In this document: positions 51,899-60,843 of the stretch, one piece after another
Layout: each line of letters opens with the position of its first letter
Numbering within the stretch: the first letter of the stretch is position 1
Notes under the pieces: model-generated
Databases searched by the model: none
The model's input: only the letters and a program-made list of their open reading frames with translations
Told to the model about the DNA's origin: nothing
Program-made: the position numbers and the translations under genes
Source of the DNA: Bacilli bacterium
Lineage (GTDB): Bacteria; Bacillota_I; Bacilli_A; RFN20; CAG-826
Reading direction: 5' to 3'
Length of the DNA stretch: 64,000 nt
NCBI GenBank assembly: GCA_035647455.1
Contig: DASRNI010000028.1
Coordinates: forward strand, 202,736 to 266,735

Positions 51899-52186
51899 AT
51901 GAAATATTGCAGTAATTGTGGGAATGAATTAGTTGAAAATAGTGATGTTTGTTTATCTTGTGGTAAATTGGTCGAAAAGCAAACTGCCGGAAGGTCAAAT
52001 TCCAATCCAGGAAGAACATTAGGAATTATTTCTTTATTTGTTTGGGTAATCCCATTAGCGAGTTGGATCGTCGGTGGCATTGGATTAAGCAAGTCAAAAA
52101 CAGTTGGGCAAAGAGTGATGAATATTATCGGAATCATTCTCGGTATCGTGATGTTTATTATTAACATCAAAATTTTGATTGGATAA
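51899..52186 (+). CDS. Zinc-ribbon / DUF4190-like small membrane protein
   Basis: 95-aa ORF from the ATG at 51899 (RBS AAAGGAG) starting MKYCSNCGNELVENSDVCLSCG (CxxC...CxxC), followed by two TM helices. The listed start at 51848 is unlikely. Confidence 0.7.
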   Translation: MKYCSNCGNELVENSDVCLSCGKLVEKQTAGRSNSNPGRTLGIISLFVWVIPLASWIVGGIGLSKSKTVGQRVMNIIGIILGIVMFIINIKILIG

Positions 52187-52280
52187 TATAATTAAAAAAA
52201 CGAAGTCATTATTCATATTATTTGAACGTTTAGCACGCGCATCTTTCGCGCATGTCTTCATAGCCGCATAATGTGCAACT

Positions 52281-52325
52281 GGCGAATGAACACTAAAGCT
52301 TACTTCAGCATAAGTAGGCTTTTTT
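52281..52325 (+). repeat. Diverged copy D of the tRNA-Glu-tail/terminator module
   Basis: GGCGAATGAACACTAAAGCTTACTT-CAGCAT-AAGTAGGC + T6. The flanks are conserved and the stem is changed by compensatory substitutions. Confidence 0.7.
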
Positions 52326-52372
52326 ATTTAATCTTTAGTTGCTATAATATACATAATAAGGGGGAATTATCA

Positions 52373-52705
52373 ATGAAAAAATTATGGATTTTAAGTCTTT
52401 TTTTAATCAGTTTAACATCGTGTGGGAATAATTTATCGAGCAAGGCAAAATACGGTAAATACGTTCTTTCAGAACCAATTGTTGTACTAAATGATGCTGG
52501 GCATGAAAAGACGCTTATCAGTAAAATAGAAGTAATGACCACCTTTACACTTGCCGGAACTTATACTTATGCAAATTATGGCGGTGACATTATCGAATAC
52601 AGAGTTACGGAAGATGGAATTGATATTTGGCAAGTTTATGATGATTATTATGTCGAGATTAACTATCGAAACGTTGAATTAAGGGTCATGAATTACCGTA
52701 ACTAG
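52373..52705 (+). CDS. Small lipoprotein, function unknown
   Basis: 110-aa ORF from the ATG at 52373 (RBS AAGGGGG; extended -10 TGcTATAAT at 52340..52348). Signal peptide MKKLWILSLFLISLTSC carries a lipobox. Confidence 0.7.
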   Translation: MKKLWILSLFLISLTSCGNNLSSKAKYGKYVLSEPIVVLNDAGHEKTLISKIEVMTTFTLAGTYTYANYGGDIIEYRVTEDGIDIWQVYDDYYVEINYRNVELRVMNYRN

Positions 52706-52808
52706 GCAAAAAATACATCAAGAATAAAGTTAACAATAATATTATTAATATAAACAAATCATCCGGTAACAATTAAATTTGTGGATAAAGGAAACGGAGA
52801 TGAGTTAT

Positions 52809-52840
52809 GAAAGCTTACTTGAGTTGAAGTAGGCTTTTTT
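52809..52840 (+). repeat. Copy E of the terminator hairpin module
   Basis: GAAAGCTTACTT-GAGTTG-AAGTAGGC + T6. Confidence 0.7.
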
Positions 52841-52960
52841 AATTTAGTATCTTCGGCGATTATGTGAGCATTGCTTAAAATTACCGTGGTGATGCTATCA
52901 GTGCGCGTCTCTTAATCATTTTTAGTGTATAATTATTATATTACAACTATGAGGTAACTT

Positions 52961-54493
52961 ATGAATTTATTCAAAACTTACAAAGGGGATAATGTCCCCC
53001 GTTTAACAAAATATGTTTTTTCGTTTACTGGTATTGGCCGCGATGCCGCTTACACACTCATTAATTTATTTTTAATGATTTATTTACAGCTCACGATGCC
53101 TGTGGGAAACGCTGACTATAAAGCGATGATTACCGTCATTATGGTTTTTATGCTTATCTTTCACTTGTGGGATGGGTTTAATGATCCGCTGATTGGGACG
53201 ATTATCGAAAATGCGCGGTTGAAGCTCGGTAAGTTTAAGCCATGGATTTTATATGGTGGGATTATCAATGGTCTCCTTTTAATGGTCCTTTTTAGTTGGC
53301 GGCCGTTTACCGGGTGGGCTTATGTTGTGTTTTTCCTTGTTGTTTACTTATTATGGGAGATTTCCTTTACATTTAACGATATTGGTTATTGGGGAATGGT
53401 CCCAAGTTTAACGCGTGATCCAAAACAACGCAACCAAATTACGATGCTGATGGCAATTGCTGTTAATATTGGTGCTTTTGCCGTTGGTGGTCTCGTACCG
53501 AGTTTATATCCCGGTCGCGCGGTCTCGATGTTTCGTTTACTAAGTATTATTATCGGTTCAATTTATATTCTTTCGCAAGTTTTACTCGTCTTTTTATGTC
53601 AAGAACGTGACCGGAGTGAAATTGACCAAGAAGAAATTATTAAAGTGCGTGATATTTTTAAAATTATTAAAGATAATAAACCACTCTTAATTATGATGGT
53701 CGCGATTATATTCCATTATCTTGCTGGAGCGATGTTTAATAACGTCGGACAAAACTATATGCACTACGTGTTTGGCTATAGTGAAGCAGGTTCGGCCTTT
53801 TTCTATTTTCTCATCGCATATGCGGCGGGTTCGATTATTGCTAACTTTATTTTTGGCGGAGTGAGTAAAAAGTATTCACGGGCGCAAATATTGCGCACGT
53901 CGTATATTATTAACGTCATCGGTAATGGCCTGTTAGTCGTGATTGGTTCACTCCATGCACTTGGTATTTTAGCGATACCAAATCATATTTACCAATGGAT
54001 TTTACCTGTCATTGCGCTAATTATCTTTACCCCAAGCGGCGTATTTTATCTTGTCTTACTCGTGCAAATTACGAATACGGTCGAATATAACGAATGGACA
54101 ACAGGCGACCGGAAAGAAGGTGTTGTTTTTGCTGCGCGACCTTTTGCGGCAAAGATTAGTAACGCGATGACGGTTGTGATTGTGTTCTTAACGTTAACCG
54201 TTGGTGGCATTTACGATATCTCGAACCAAATTAGTGAATTTGAAGTGTTAGGTGCTCTTTCTGAAACAGAAGCCGGCTATTTAACCGCAGCGGAAGTTTT
54301 AACAAATGCACAAGCGGCAATTGATGGGGCAAACTTAATGCAAGCCCGCCTTGTTTTAGTGCTCGCAATGGGCTTATTACCAGCGCTTTGTAGTACAGCA
54401 GCGTATTTATTTGTCAAACGTAAGTACCCAATCGATGAAGCAATGTATGATCAAATGATTGTTGAAATTGATGAACGCAAAGTCGAAGCATAG
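52961..54493 (+). CDS. MFS glycoside-pentoside-hexuronide (GPH):cation symporter (MelB-like)
   Basis: 510-aa ORF with 12 hydrophobic segments and a GPH-type N-terminal motif: GRDAAYTLINLFLMIYL...DGFNDPLIGTIIEN...GKFKPW. Confidence 0.8.
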   Translation: MNLFKTYKGDNVPRLTKYVFSFTGIGRDAAYTLINLFLMIYLQLTMPVGNADYKAMITVIMVFMLIFHLWDGFNDPLIGTIIENARLKLGKFKPWILYGGIINGLLLMVLFSWRPFTGWAYVVFFLVVYLLWEISFTFNDIGYWGMVPSLTRDPKQRNQITMLMAIAVNIGAFAVGGLVPSLYPGRAVSMFRLLSIIIGSIYILSQVLLVFLCQERDRSEIDQEEIIKVRDIFKIIKDNKPLLIMMVAIIFHYLAGAMFNNVGQNYMHYVFGYSEAGSAFFYFLIAYAAGSIIANFIFGGVSKKYSRAQILRTSYIINVIGNGLLVVIGSLHALGILAIPNHIYQWILPVIALIIFTPSGVFYLVLLVQITNTVEYNEWTTGDRKEGVVFAARPFAAKISNAMTVVIVFLTLTVGGIYDISNQISEFEVLGALSETEAGYLTAAEVLTNAQAAIDGANLMQARLVLVLAMGLLPALCSTAAYLFVKRKYPIDEAMYDQMIVEIDERKVEA

Positions 54494-54508
54494 GTGATAG
54501 GAGTCGCG

Positions 54509-56839
54509 ATGAAAAAAACATTTATCCACCTTACAACAGATAATACATCCTACGTTCTTTATATTAATGATTTTTTACATTTAGAAAATCTTTATTATGG
54601 AGCAAGGTTAAGTGACGAAGAAGATTTAACCACATTAATTAACGAACAAAAAAACTTGATGGGAACAGCAACTAATTATGATCCTGCAACAACGAGTACG
54701 TATAGTTTAAATTATATCAATCTCGAAGTTGGGACGATTGGTAAAGGTGATTACCGTAGACCAAGCATTATTTTACGTCACGATAAAGGTTATGTGAGTG
54801 ACTTTATTGTGAAAGAACACGGTGAAGGTGAACTAAGGGACTTAGTGACGAACGAGCTTCCGATTCCGCACGGCGCTAGTAAATATTACTTCGTTATTTT
54901 AGAAGATAAAGTTAGTGGTGCCCAAATTAAACTTGATTACTTACTTTTTAACAAGGCGAATGTTATTGCCCGTCGCACTCTTGTCCTTAGTGGCAGCGTG
55001 ACGATTGAAAAGATTGCAAGTATGAACTTGGACTTAAATAATAATCATTATGAAATTTATTCAACGTATGGTACATGGGGCAACGAAGGTCACAATGCTC
55101 GCCATAAAATAGTTCCGGGCATTTTTGAACTTTCGACAAACGCCGGACCTAGTAGTAACCGCCATAATCCGTTTTTTCTCATTTTAGGTAAAAACACAAC
55201 ATTAGATTACGGTGAAGGGTATGGAGTTAATTTAATTTATAGTGGTCCCTTTAAAGCAACAGTTGAACGCACATTTGATGACCGGCTGCGGATTCAGCAC
55301 GGCATTAATGACGAAACGTTCCGGAAACCACTCGAAGATAATGAACAATTTATTACACCGTTTGCCGTTTTAACGTATAGTAACATGGGCGAAAACGGAA
55401 TAAGTCAGAACTTTCATACATTTGTCAATGATCACGTGGTGCGCACAGCTTATAGCAAAAAAGTGCGCCCCATTTTATTAAATAACTGGGAAGGAACATA
55501 CTTTGATTTTACGGAAAGCAAACTCAAAAGTCTTATGGATAGTGCAGCGAAACTCGGTATCGAACTTTTCGTGCTTGATGACGGATGGTTTATTAAGCGT
55601 AATGACGACTTTGGGGGGCTTGGTAACTATGAAGTTAATCGTAAGAAGTTACCAGGCGGTCTTAAAGGTTTAAGTAATTACGCGAAAAAGCGTGGGATGC
55701 AATTTGGCTTATGGTTTGAACCAGAGATGGTTTCAGCCGATCACGAGATATTTAGCGAGCATCCTGACTGGGTCATTCAAATCCCTGGTGTTGAGCCAAG
55801 TGTCGGTCGCTTTCAGTACGCCCTTAATCTTACCGTACCCGCAGTCCAAGATTACATTATTACAAATGTTGCAAAAACGCTTGAGTCGGCAGATATAACG
55901 TATGTTAAATGGGACTATAACCGTAATTTAAGCGACTTTTACACAGTTGATGGGGCAATTGATACATTTTTCTACGATTATACCCGTGGACTTTATAAAA
56001 TTTTAAAAACATTAACCGACAAGTTTCCAAGTATATTATGGGAAGGCTGTGCAAGTGGCGGCAATCGCTTTGATTTAGGGACATTAAGTTTCTTTGACCA
56101 AATGTGGATGAGTGACACGAGTGACGCGTTTGAACGTATTCGTATGCACACGACGTTTGCGAAAGCGTATCCGTTTAGTGTGATGTCGGGCCACGTTAGT
56201 GCGAGCCCGAATCATCAACTTTTACGTGAACTTCCCTTGCAGACGCGCTTTAATAATGCGTTTATGAGTGGTGGCTTTGGTTATGAACTTGATGTCACCA
56301 ACTTAACGCCAAAAGCGAAGAAAGAAATCATTGCGTATAACAAAGCTGCAAAAGTATATCAGCATATTGTGACAAGCGGTACGTACTATGAACTAGAAAA
56401 CGCTTCGCAAAAAGATAAGCAAGGCTATGCGCTTATTAGTGAAACTAATGACGCTGCTGTTGTTCTTATTAGTGCGGGCGTTAACTCAATTCTTCCCGAA
56501 GTTAGTAAACTACCGGCGTTACCAATGTTAGTCGATGGCACTTATAATGTTGTCACATTAAATCAGTCAACTGATATTTACTTATTTGGATCACTCTTGA
56601 ACCGTGTAATCCCGAAGTTTATAAAGTATGACGGACCAATTATTAATTATTTAAATAAGCGTAAATCGGCGGAAGAATTAATTAACATTGAAATTCGCGA
56701 AGATTATACGGTGAGTGCGAACTTGCTTCGCGCTGGTGCTTTAACGCTTTATCCTGATTGGACAGGGACCGGAGTTGAAGATACAACCCGAGCAACACGC
56801 GACTTCACAAGTGTTTTATATTTTATTACGAAGAAGTGA
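54509..56839 (+). CDS. Alpha-galactosidase, GH36 family
   Basis: LNNWEGTYFDF, FVLDDGWF..RNDD..GLG, KWDYNR and CASGGNRFD motifs. ATG at 54509 follows AGGAG; the listed GTG at 54494 is less likely. Confidence 0.88.
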   Translation: MKKTFIHLTTDNTSYVLYINDFLHLENLYYGARLSDEEDLTTLINEQKNLMGTATNYDPATTSTYSLNYINLEVGTIGKGDYRRPSIILRHDKGYVSDFIVKEHGEGELRDLVTNELPIPHGASKYYFVILEDKVSGAQIKLDYLLFNKANVIARRTLVLSGSVTIEKIASMNLDLNNNHYEIYSTYGTWGNEGHNARHKIVPGIFELSTNAGPSSNRHNPFFLILGKNTTLDYGEGYGVNLIYSGPFKATVERTFDDRLRIQHGINDETFRKPLEDNEQFITPFAVLTYSNMGENGISQNFHTFVNDHVVRTAYSKKVRPILLNNWEGTYFDFTESKLKSLMDSAAKLGIELFVLDDGWFIKRNDDFGGLGNYEVNRKKLPGGLKGLSNYAKKRGMQFGLWFEPEMVSADHEIFSEHPDWVIQIPGVEPSVGRFQYALNLTVPAVQDYIITNVAKTLESADITYVKWDYNRNLSDFYTVDGAIDTFFYDYTRGLYKILKTLTDKFPSILWEGCASGGNRFDLGTLSFFDQMWMSDTSDAFERIRMHTTFAKAYPFSVMSGHVSASPNHQLLRELPLQTRFNNAFMSGGFGYELDVTNLTPKAKKEIIAYNKAAKVYQHIVTSGTYYELENASQKDKQGYALISETNDAAVVLISAGVNSILPEVSKLPALPMLVDGTYNVVTLNQSTDIYLFGSLLNRVIPKFIKYDGPIINYLNKRKSAEELINIEIREDYTVSANLLRAGALTLYPDWTGTGVEDTTRATRDFTSVLYFITKK

Positions 56840-56970
56840 AGTGCTGCACTCGTAACGATGAATTAACAAATAAACATTAGTAATAAGTAGTTTGCCTTTA
56901 CTTTGCGACAAAATTCACCATTGTTACATCGGACCTTTTACTATATATTTTAGATATAAGGAGGTTAACT

Positions 56971-58347
56971 ATGAAACCAAAAAACATGGTCGCTGGCTTT
57001 TTGCTATCGCTCGCGGCACTTACATTAATTGTTAGTAATCAGACATTAAGTAAAGAACCTTTTTTCCAAAACTTAATGGCCGAAAACAACTATTATGAAG
57101 TTACATTACCTTCAAGTGACTTTATGCCGTTAATTGAAGACGAGTATTCAGGCGTTTTTTCTAACGGATATATTGAATTCTTTTATTTAAGCCATGACAC
57201 CGCAATTATGGATGAAGCTTTATCCTTAAAAGCTAAAGATCATAAAACTCCTGGTGTATTCGTTAATAAAACTGTCATTAATGGACTAATCTCTGTTAAA
57301 GTCGAATTTAGTGGCGGACCATTATACGCTATAGCAACATCAAGTTTCTATGAAAGATATGAATATGACGCAGGCGACGCATTAACGAGTGGCGAAGTAA
57401 AAACATTTAGTGGTGACGACTTAGGGTACTTGCTAATTTTAAGTCCAACAACTGCAGGTGCAGAAGTTACTGAAGTCAAAGTTAAATATAGTTGTGCCCA
57501 TGAAACGGACCAAAACTTCTTTTATGACCCGTACGTGAATCGTTATACTGGGGCGCGCAGTTGGGGTGTTAACCGCGAGATGAATCATGACTATATTGAA
57601 TTCACAACTAACCCACAACCAACGAATAATAACTATTCGATTGGCAAAACTGATGAAGAGCAACCATATAATGACGATTGGTATCGTTGGAATGGTGTAA
57701 GCCTGCGTAATCACCGAATTGTTGATGATATATGGGTGTATGACGGAGTTCCATTCGGCAATTTTGCGAGCAATAGTTTTGAAGTTATAATTTCTGCAAT
57801 CATTGAACCAAGTGTTTTTTATGATTTAGATGCGTGGTTCCAAGTTGCTCCTTGGGTTGCTTTAGATGAAGAAAACCCTGAACAAAGAAGCCCACTCCAT
57901 CTCCAAACGTATATTGGTAACGATAACTACGATCCGCTTGGCGGGATAAAGAGTCGCACGGATACTTATCGTGGGCGTTTTTATACAACCTTCAGTAGTA
58001 GTGGTGGCGGCTACGACTGGGGCTTTGTGGATCCTGACGTCGCAACTCTTGTTGATAGCGAAGTGACACTTCGTGAAGCTTATGAAGCAACTAACTTACC
58101 GTTTTTCAATGTTCGTTTTGAAATAATTGAAAATAGTTACGCCATTTACATTAATGGTTTTAAAGTTCACTATGTTGAAGACTTTATGTTCAACACATAC
58201 GAAGGGCAAAAATACATAATTGACTCGATTGAGCTTCAAGGTGTTAATTATGGTCTTAAAGATGGTTCTGGCGGCACGAGTGAAAGTGAATATGAACCGT
58301 ATCGCTTAACGTACTTTAATCCAATTGTGCGGGAAATTATTTACTAA
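56971..58347 (+). CDS. Hypothetical signal-anchored extracytoplasmic protein
   Basis: 458-aa ORF with RBS AAGGAGG and N-terminal hydrophobic segment MKPKNMVAGFLLSLAALTLIV (no lipobox Cys). No family recognised. Confidence 0.65.
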   Translation: MKPKNMVAGFLLSLAALTLIVSNQTLSKEPFFQNLMAENNYYEVTLPSSDFMPLIEDEYSGVFSNGYIEFFYLSHDTAIMDEALSLKAKDHKTPGVFVNKTVINGLISVKVEFSGGPLYAIATSSFYERYEYDAGDALTSGEVKTFSGDDLGYLLILSPTTAGAEVTEVKVKYSCAHETDQNFFYDPYVNRYTGARSWGVNREMNHDYIEFTTNPQPTNNNYSIGKTDEEQPYNDDWYRWNGVSLRNHRIVDDIWVYDGVPFGNFASNSFEVIISAIIEPSVFYDLDAWFQVAPWVALDEENPEQRSPLHLQTYIGNDNYDPLGGIKSRTDTYRGRFYTTFSSSGGGYDWGFVDPDVATLVDSEVTLREAYEATNLPFFNVRFEIIENSYAIYINGFKVHYVEDFMFNTYEGQKYIIDSIELQGVNYGLKDGSGGTSESEYEPYRLTYFNPIVREIIY

Positions 58348-58392
58348 TAAAGTAGCTAGACAAAAGGCACAGACACTTTTGCTTGCATATTA

Positions 58393-58428
58393 AACATTAA
58401 AGCTTATCTCATTTGAGATAGGCTTTTT
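58393..58428 (+). repeat. Copy F of the terminator hairpin module
   Basis: AACATTAAAGCTTATCTC-ATTT-GAGATAGGC + T5. Shares the AACATTAAAGCTT flank with the tRNA-Glu downstream sequence. Confidence 0.75.
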
Positions 58429-58435
58429 ATGGATT

Positions 58436-58459
58436 GAAAAAGGCTCTATAACAGAGCCT
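58436..58459 (-). terminator. Terminator of the Big_2 lipoprotein gene
   Basis: AGGCTCT-ATAAC-AGAGCCT. On the minus strand it is followed by a T-run (plus-strand AAAAA at 58436..58440). Confidence 0.65.
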
Positions 58460-58484
58460 AAAAAATCGTGTTTTTTTATTAAGG

Positions 58485-59975
58485 TTAAAACGTGTAAACG
58501 TAGAGATGGTAGCCGTTATTTTCTGTAATTGGTGCCGTGTCATTTAATGTTACTTCAATGTAATACGTACCGCCATCTGGCACGGCATAATGGATTAATC
58601 TTCGTGAAGTTGGGGAGCCTTCTTCGATGAGAGGAAGAGCTGCTTCAAGGTCACCTTCAGAGTTTAAGATTTTAACGCTGAAGTGTTCGCTATAATAATC
58701 ACGGTCAGCGCGGAAATCAATAAATATCTGCTCACCAGCAACAGTAATGATTCGATAGTAATCTTTGTCGGCTAAGTTAGCATTCTTACCAACAATAGTC
58801 GAACCAAGATTCGTAATTAATTGTGCAGTTTGTAGCGTATCATTTGGCTCACTTTCTGGCTGTTTGTAATCATTTTTTCCCGCGTAAACATTGACGGTAA
58901 CTTCTTGGGTAACATCGTTCACGGCGGTGGCGCGTACTGTCGTAATTCCAACTTCATTTCCAGTAATTCGTCCATCTTCCGAAACTGTTGCAACACTTGG
59001 GTCATCGCTTGACCACGTTAATGATTTTTCGGTTGTGTCTTCTGGAAGTATTGTGTAATCTATCGTGTAATTTCGCCCTTTTAGAATTGAAACACGGCCG
59101 ACATCAAACGTTATGCTTTCCGGTAAAACGTGGCTTACTGTTACGGTGAAAGAAGCATTTACACCATTAGCTAAACTAAGTGTAATTGTTGCGTCTCCAG
59201 GCGCAATCCCTTTAATATCAACTTCGCCTCTGCCGCTAGTAAAAATAATCCGACTTTCAACTTTTGCGACGTTTGAATTACTTGAAGTAGCCGTAAACTC
59301 GAACGAATGGTCAAAGTGTAGCGGAACGACCCAGAAGTTAACGGTGATTTTTTGTTCAACATTTAAATCAATGTGTCCTTTTTCAAGCGTAATCGCTAAC
59401 GGTGTGCGGTCGGCTACAGTAACTACACATTCATCGGTTAAGTTATTTGCGGTCGTTGCTGTTATTGTTGCGGTTCCAGCACTTAGCCCCATAACAAGCC
59501 CATCAGCACTTACAGTCGCAATACTACTATCACTTGTTGTCCATGTTAAATCTTGGACAGCGTAATCCGGATAAATTTGCCAAATCATTTGTAACTCTTC
59601 ATTAAGGCCAAGTGTTTTTTCATGTGGATGAATATAAAAGCTCTCTGGAAATGCAGCGGTAACTGTGCAAAGTGCAGTAGCGGTGTACTTATTATCAATC
59701 GTCGCCTTGATTGTTGATGTGCCAACACCAACGGCATAAAGTATTTCATTTTCAATAACTGCTACACTAGTGTTTGAAGAAGTCCACACCGGATCAGGTG
59801 TTTGACCAGGGTAATGAAGTTCATAATTTCCTTCATCAATATAAAGCCGCTTGCTTTCTCCATTAACTAAGGTAATATCGCCACCATGAATCGAAAATTC
59901 AAGTGCTGGCGGCGGTACTTGTCGACAACTAATTAATACTGCCAATATTGGTAGTAAAAATAGGCGTTTCAGCAT
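58485..59975 (-). CDS. Surface lipoprotein with four Big_2 (Ig-like) domains and a C-terminal PPC-like domain
   Basis: 496-aa ORF with signal peptide MLKRLFLLPILAVLISC (lipobox). It has four repeats of the T(S/W)SS(D/N)xSVAxV...G.(A/T)TI(T/K)AT type. The C-terminus reads EPNDTLQTAQ...DKDYYRI, typical of pre-peptidase C-terminal domains. Confidence 0.75.
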   Translation of the reverse strand: MLKRLFLLPILAVLISCRQVPPPALEFSIHGGDITLVNGESKRLYIDEGNYELHYPGQTPDPVWTSSNTSVAVIENEILYAVGVGTSTIKATIDNKYTATALCTVTAAFPESFYIHPHEKTLGLNEELQMIWQIYPDYAVQDLTWTTSDSSIATVSADGLVMGLSAGTATITATTANNLTDECVVTVADRTPLAITLEKGHIDLNVEQKITVNFWVVPLHFDHSFEFTATSSNSNVAKVESRIIFTSGRGEVDIKGIAPGDATITLSLANGVNASFTVTVSHVLPESITFDVGRVSILKGRNYTIDYTILPEDTTEKSLTWSSDDPSVATVSEDGRITGNEVGITTVRATAVNDVTQEVTVNVYAGKNDYKQPESEPNDTLQTAQLITNLGSTIVGKNANLADKDYYRIITVAGEQIFIDFRADRDYYSEHFSVKILNSEGDLEAALPLIEEGSPTSRRLIHYAVPDGGTYYIEVTLNDTAPITENNGYHLYVYTF

Positions 59976-60209
59976 TTTGTTCTCCTTTTTTATTTAAATA
60001 AGACTAATTCTATTATAACGCTATCGATTTTTGTGGTCAAGATAGTATTATGTTTAATTTACCGCATCTTTCACACAAAATAACAAATATTATATCGATT
60101 GTTTTAGTGCTAACAATGTTAAAATTAAGACTTTTAAAAGTGAATGAAAGTTCGTTTGCTATAGTAAAAGTAATAAATAGTTTATTTTAAAAAGAAGATT
60201 TAAGATATT

Positions 60210-60605
60210 ATGAGAGCAAAAGGAGCAAAATACATCGTTGCAATATATTCAATATTATTAGGATTTTATGGGTTTTGTTCGCAATAAAATGCTTACGCCA
60301 TTACTCCAGATCCGGATATATTATTAATTTTTGGCGCAGTTGCGGGAATTACGATGGGACTAGGTATATTGTTACTCATCATTAAAAAGCGAATTGTTGA
60401 AATAATATTTATGATTATTATGCTTGCGCTCTATAGTTTCTATGTTTTTAACGGAATTTTATTTTTTGGTCTCCGCCCAGGCGGCGTTCGTCTCGGAAGC
60501 ATGAAGCTTGCCCTTTTTGCAATACCGTTTATTTTTTCAATTGTTTACTTATTCAAAAACCGCAACGAACGAAAAATAGCGCGCAGGCAAATGTTAAACG
60601 AATGA
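60210..60605 (+). pseudogene. Small membrane protein reading frame interrupted by one in-frame TAA (60285..60287)
   Basis: ATG 60210 opens MRAKGAKYIVAIYSILLGFYGFCSQ*. The same frame continues NAYAITPDPDILLIFGAVAGIT and runs into the listed 60354..60605 ORF. Together they would give a 4-TM protein of about 131 aa. Confidence 0.35.
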
Positions 60606-60753
60606 AGTAGCGGTACGCGATTCAATTAAACAAAAAAAATAAAAAATCTCAAAACGTAGATTTTTTTAAAAATTTTATGAGTAGTGTATACTTTGTATTT
60701 ACTCCTTAAAGTATTAGAAAATTCACGATATTTGCCAAACGCTTTATTTTTAA

Positions 60754-60803
60754 TTGACTTTTTTCTGCATCTTGTTATACTAAAGATGGTAAAGCGCTTT
60801 ACC
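60754..60803 (+). promoter_or_regulatory. Putative promoter plus perfect 16-bp palindrome upstream of the PHP lipoprotein gene
   Basis: TTGACT (60754..60759), 16 nt, TGtTATACT (-10 at 60776..60781). It is followed by GGTAAAGCGCTTTACC (60788..60803), which is its own reverse complement. Confidence 0.5.
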
Positions 60804-60843
60804 AGGTTGCAAGATACTAAGCGCAGTATAAGGAGGAAAGATA

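Noticed and set aside
51835-52170. 111-aa minus-strand ORF opposite the zinc-ribbon gene
   Set aside because: The plus-strand ORF has a strong RBS, a CxxC...CxxC zinc ribbon and TM helices. The antisense frame has none of these features.
52800-52832. 10-codon mini-ORF MSYESLLELK with an upstream GGAG
   Set aside because: It coincides exactly with hairpin copy E of the terminator family. The equivalent positions of the other copies are not open reading frames.
49011-52840. Complete integrative element or prophage at tRNA-Glu
   Set aside because: No integrase, excisionase, replication or structural genes were found, only single cargo genes between att-like repeats. I report it as remnant islets rather than as a mobile_element feature.
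59113-59565. 150-aa plus-strand ORF antisense to the Big_2 lipoprotein gene
   Set aside because: It is nested in a gene with clear repeated Ig-like domain signatures. The antisense translation is Ser/Val/Thr-rich with no start context.
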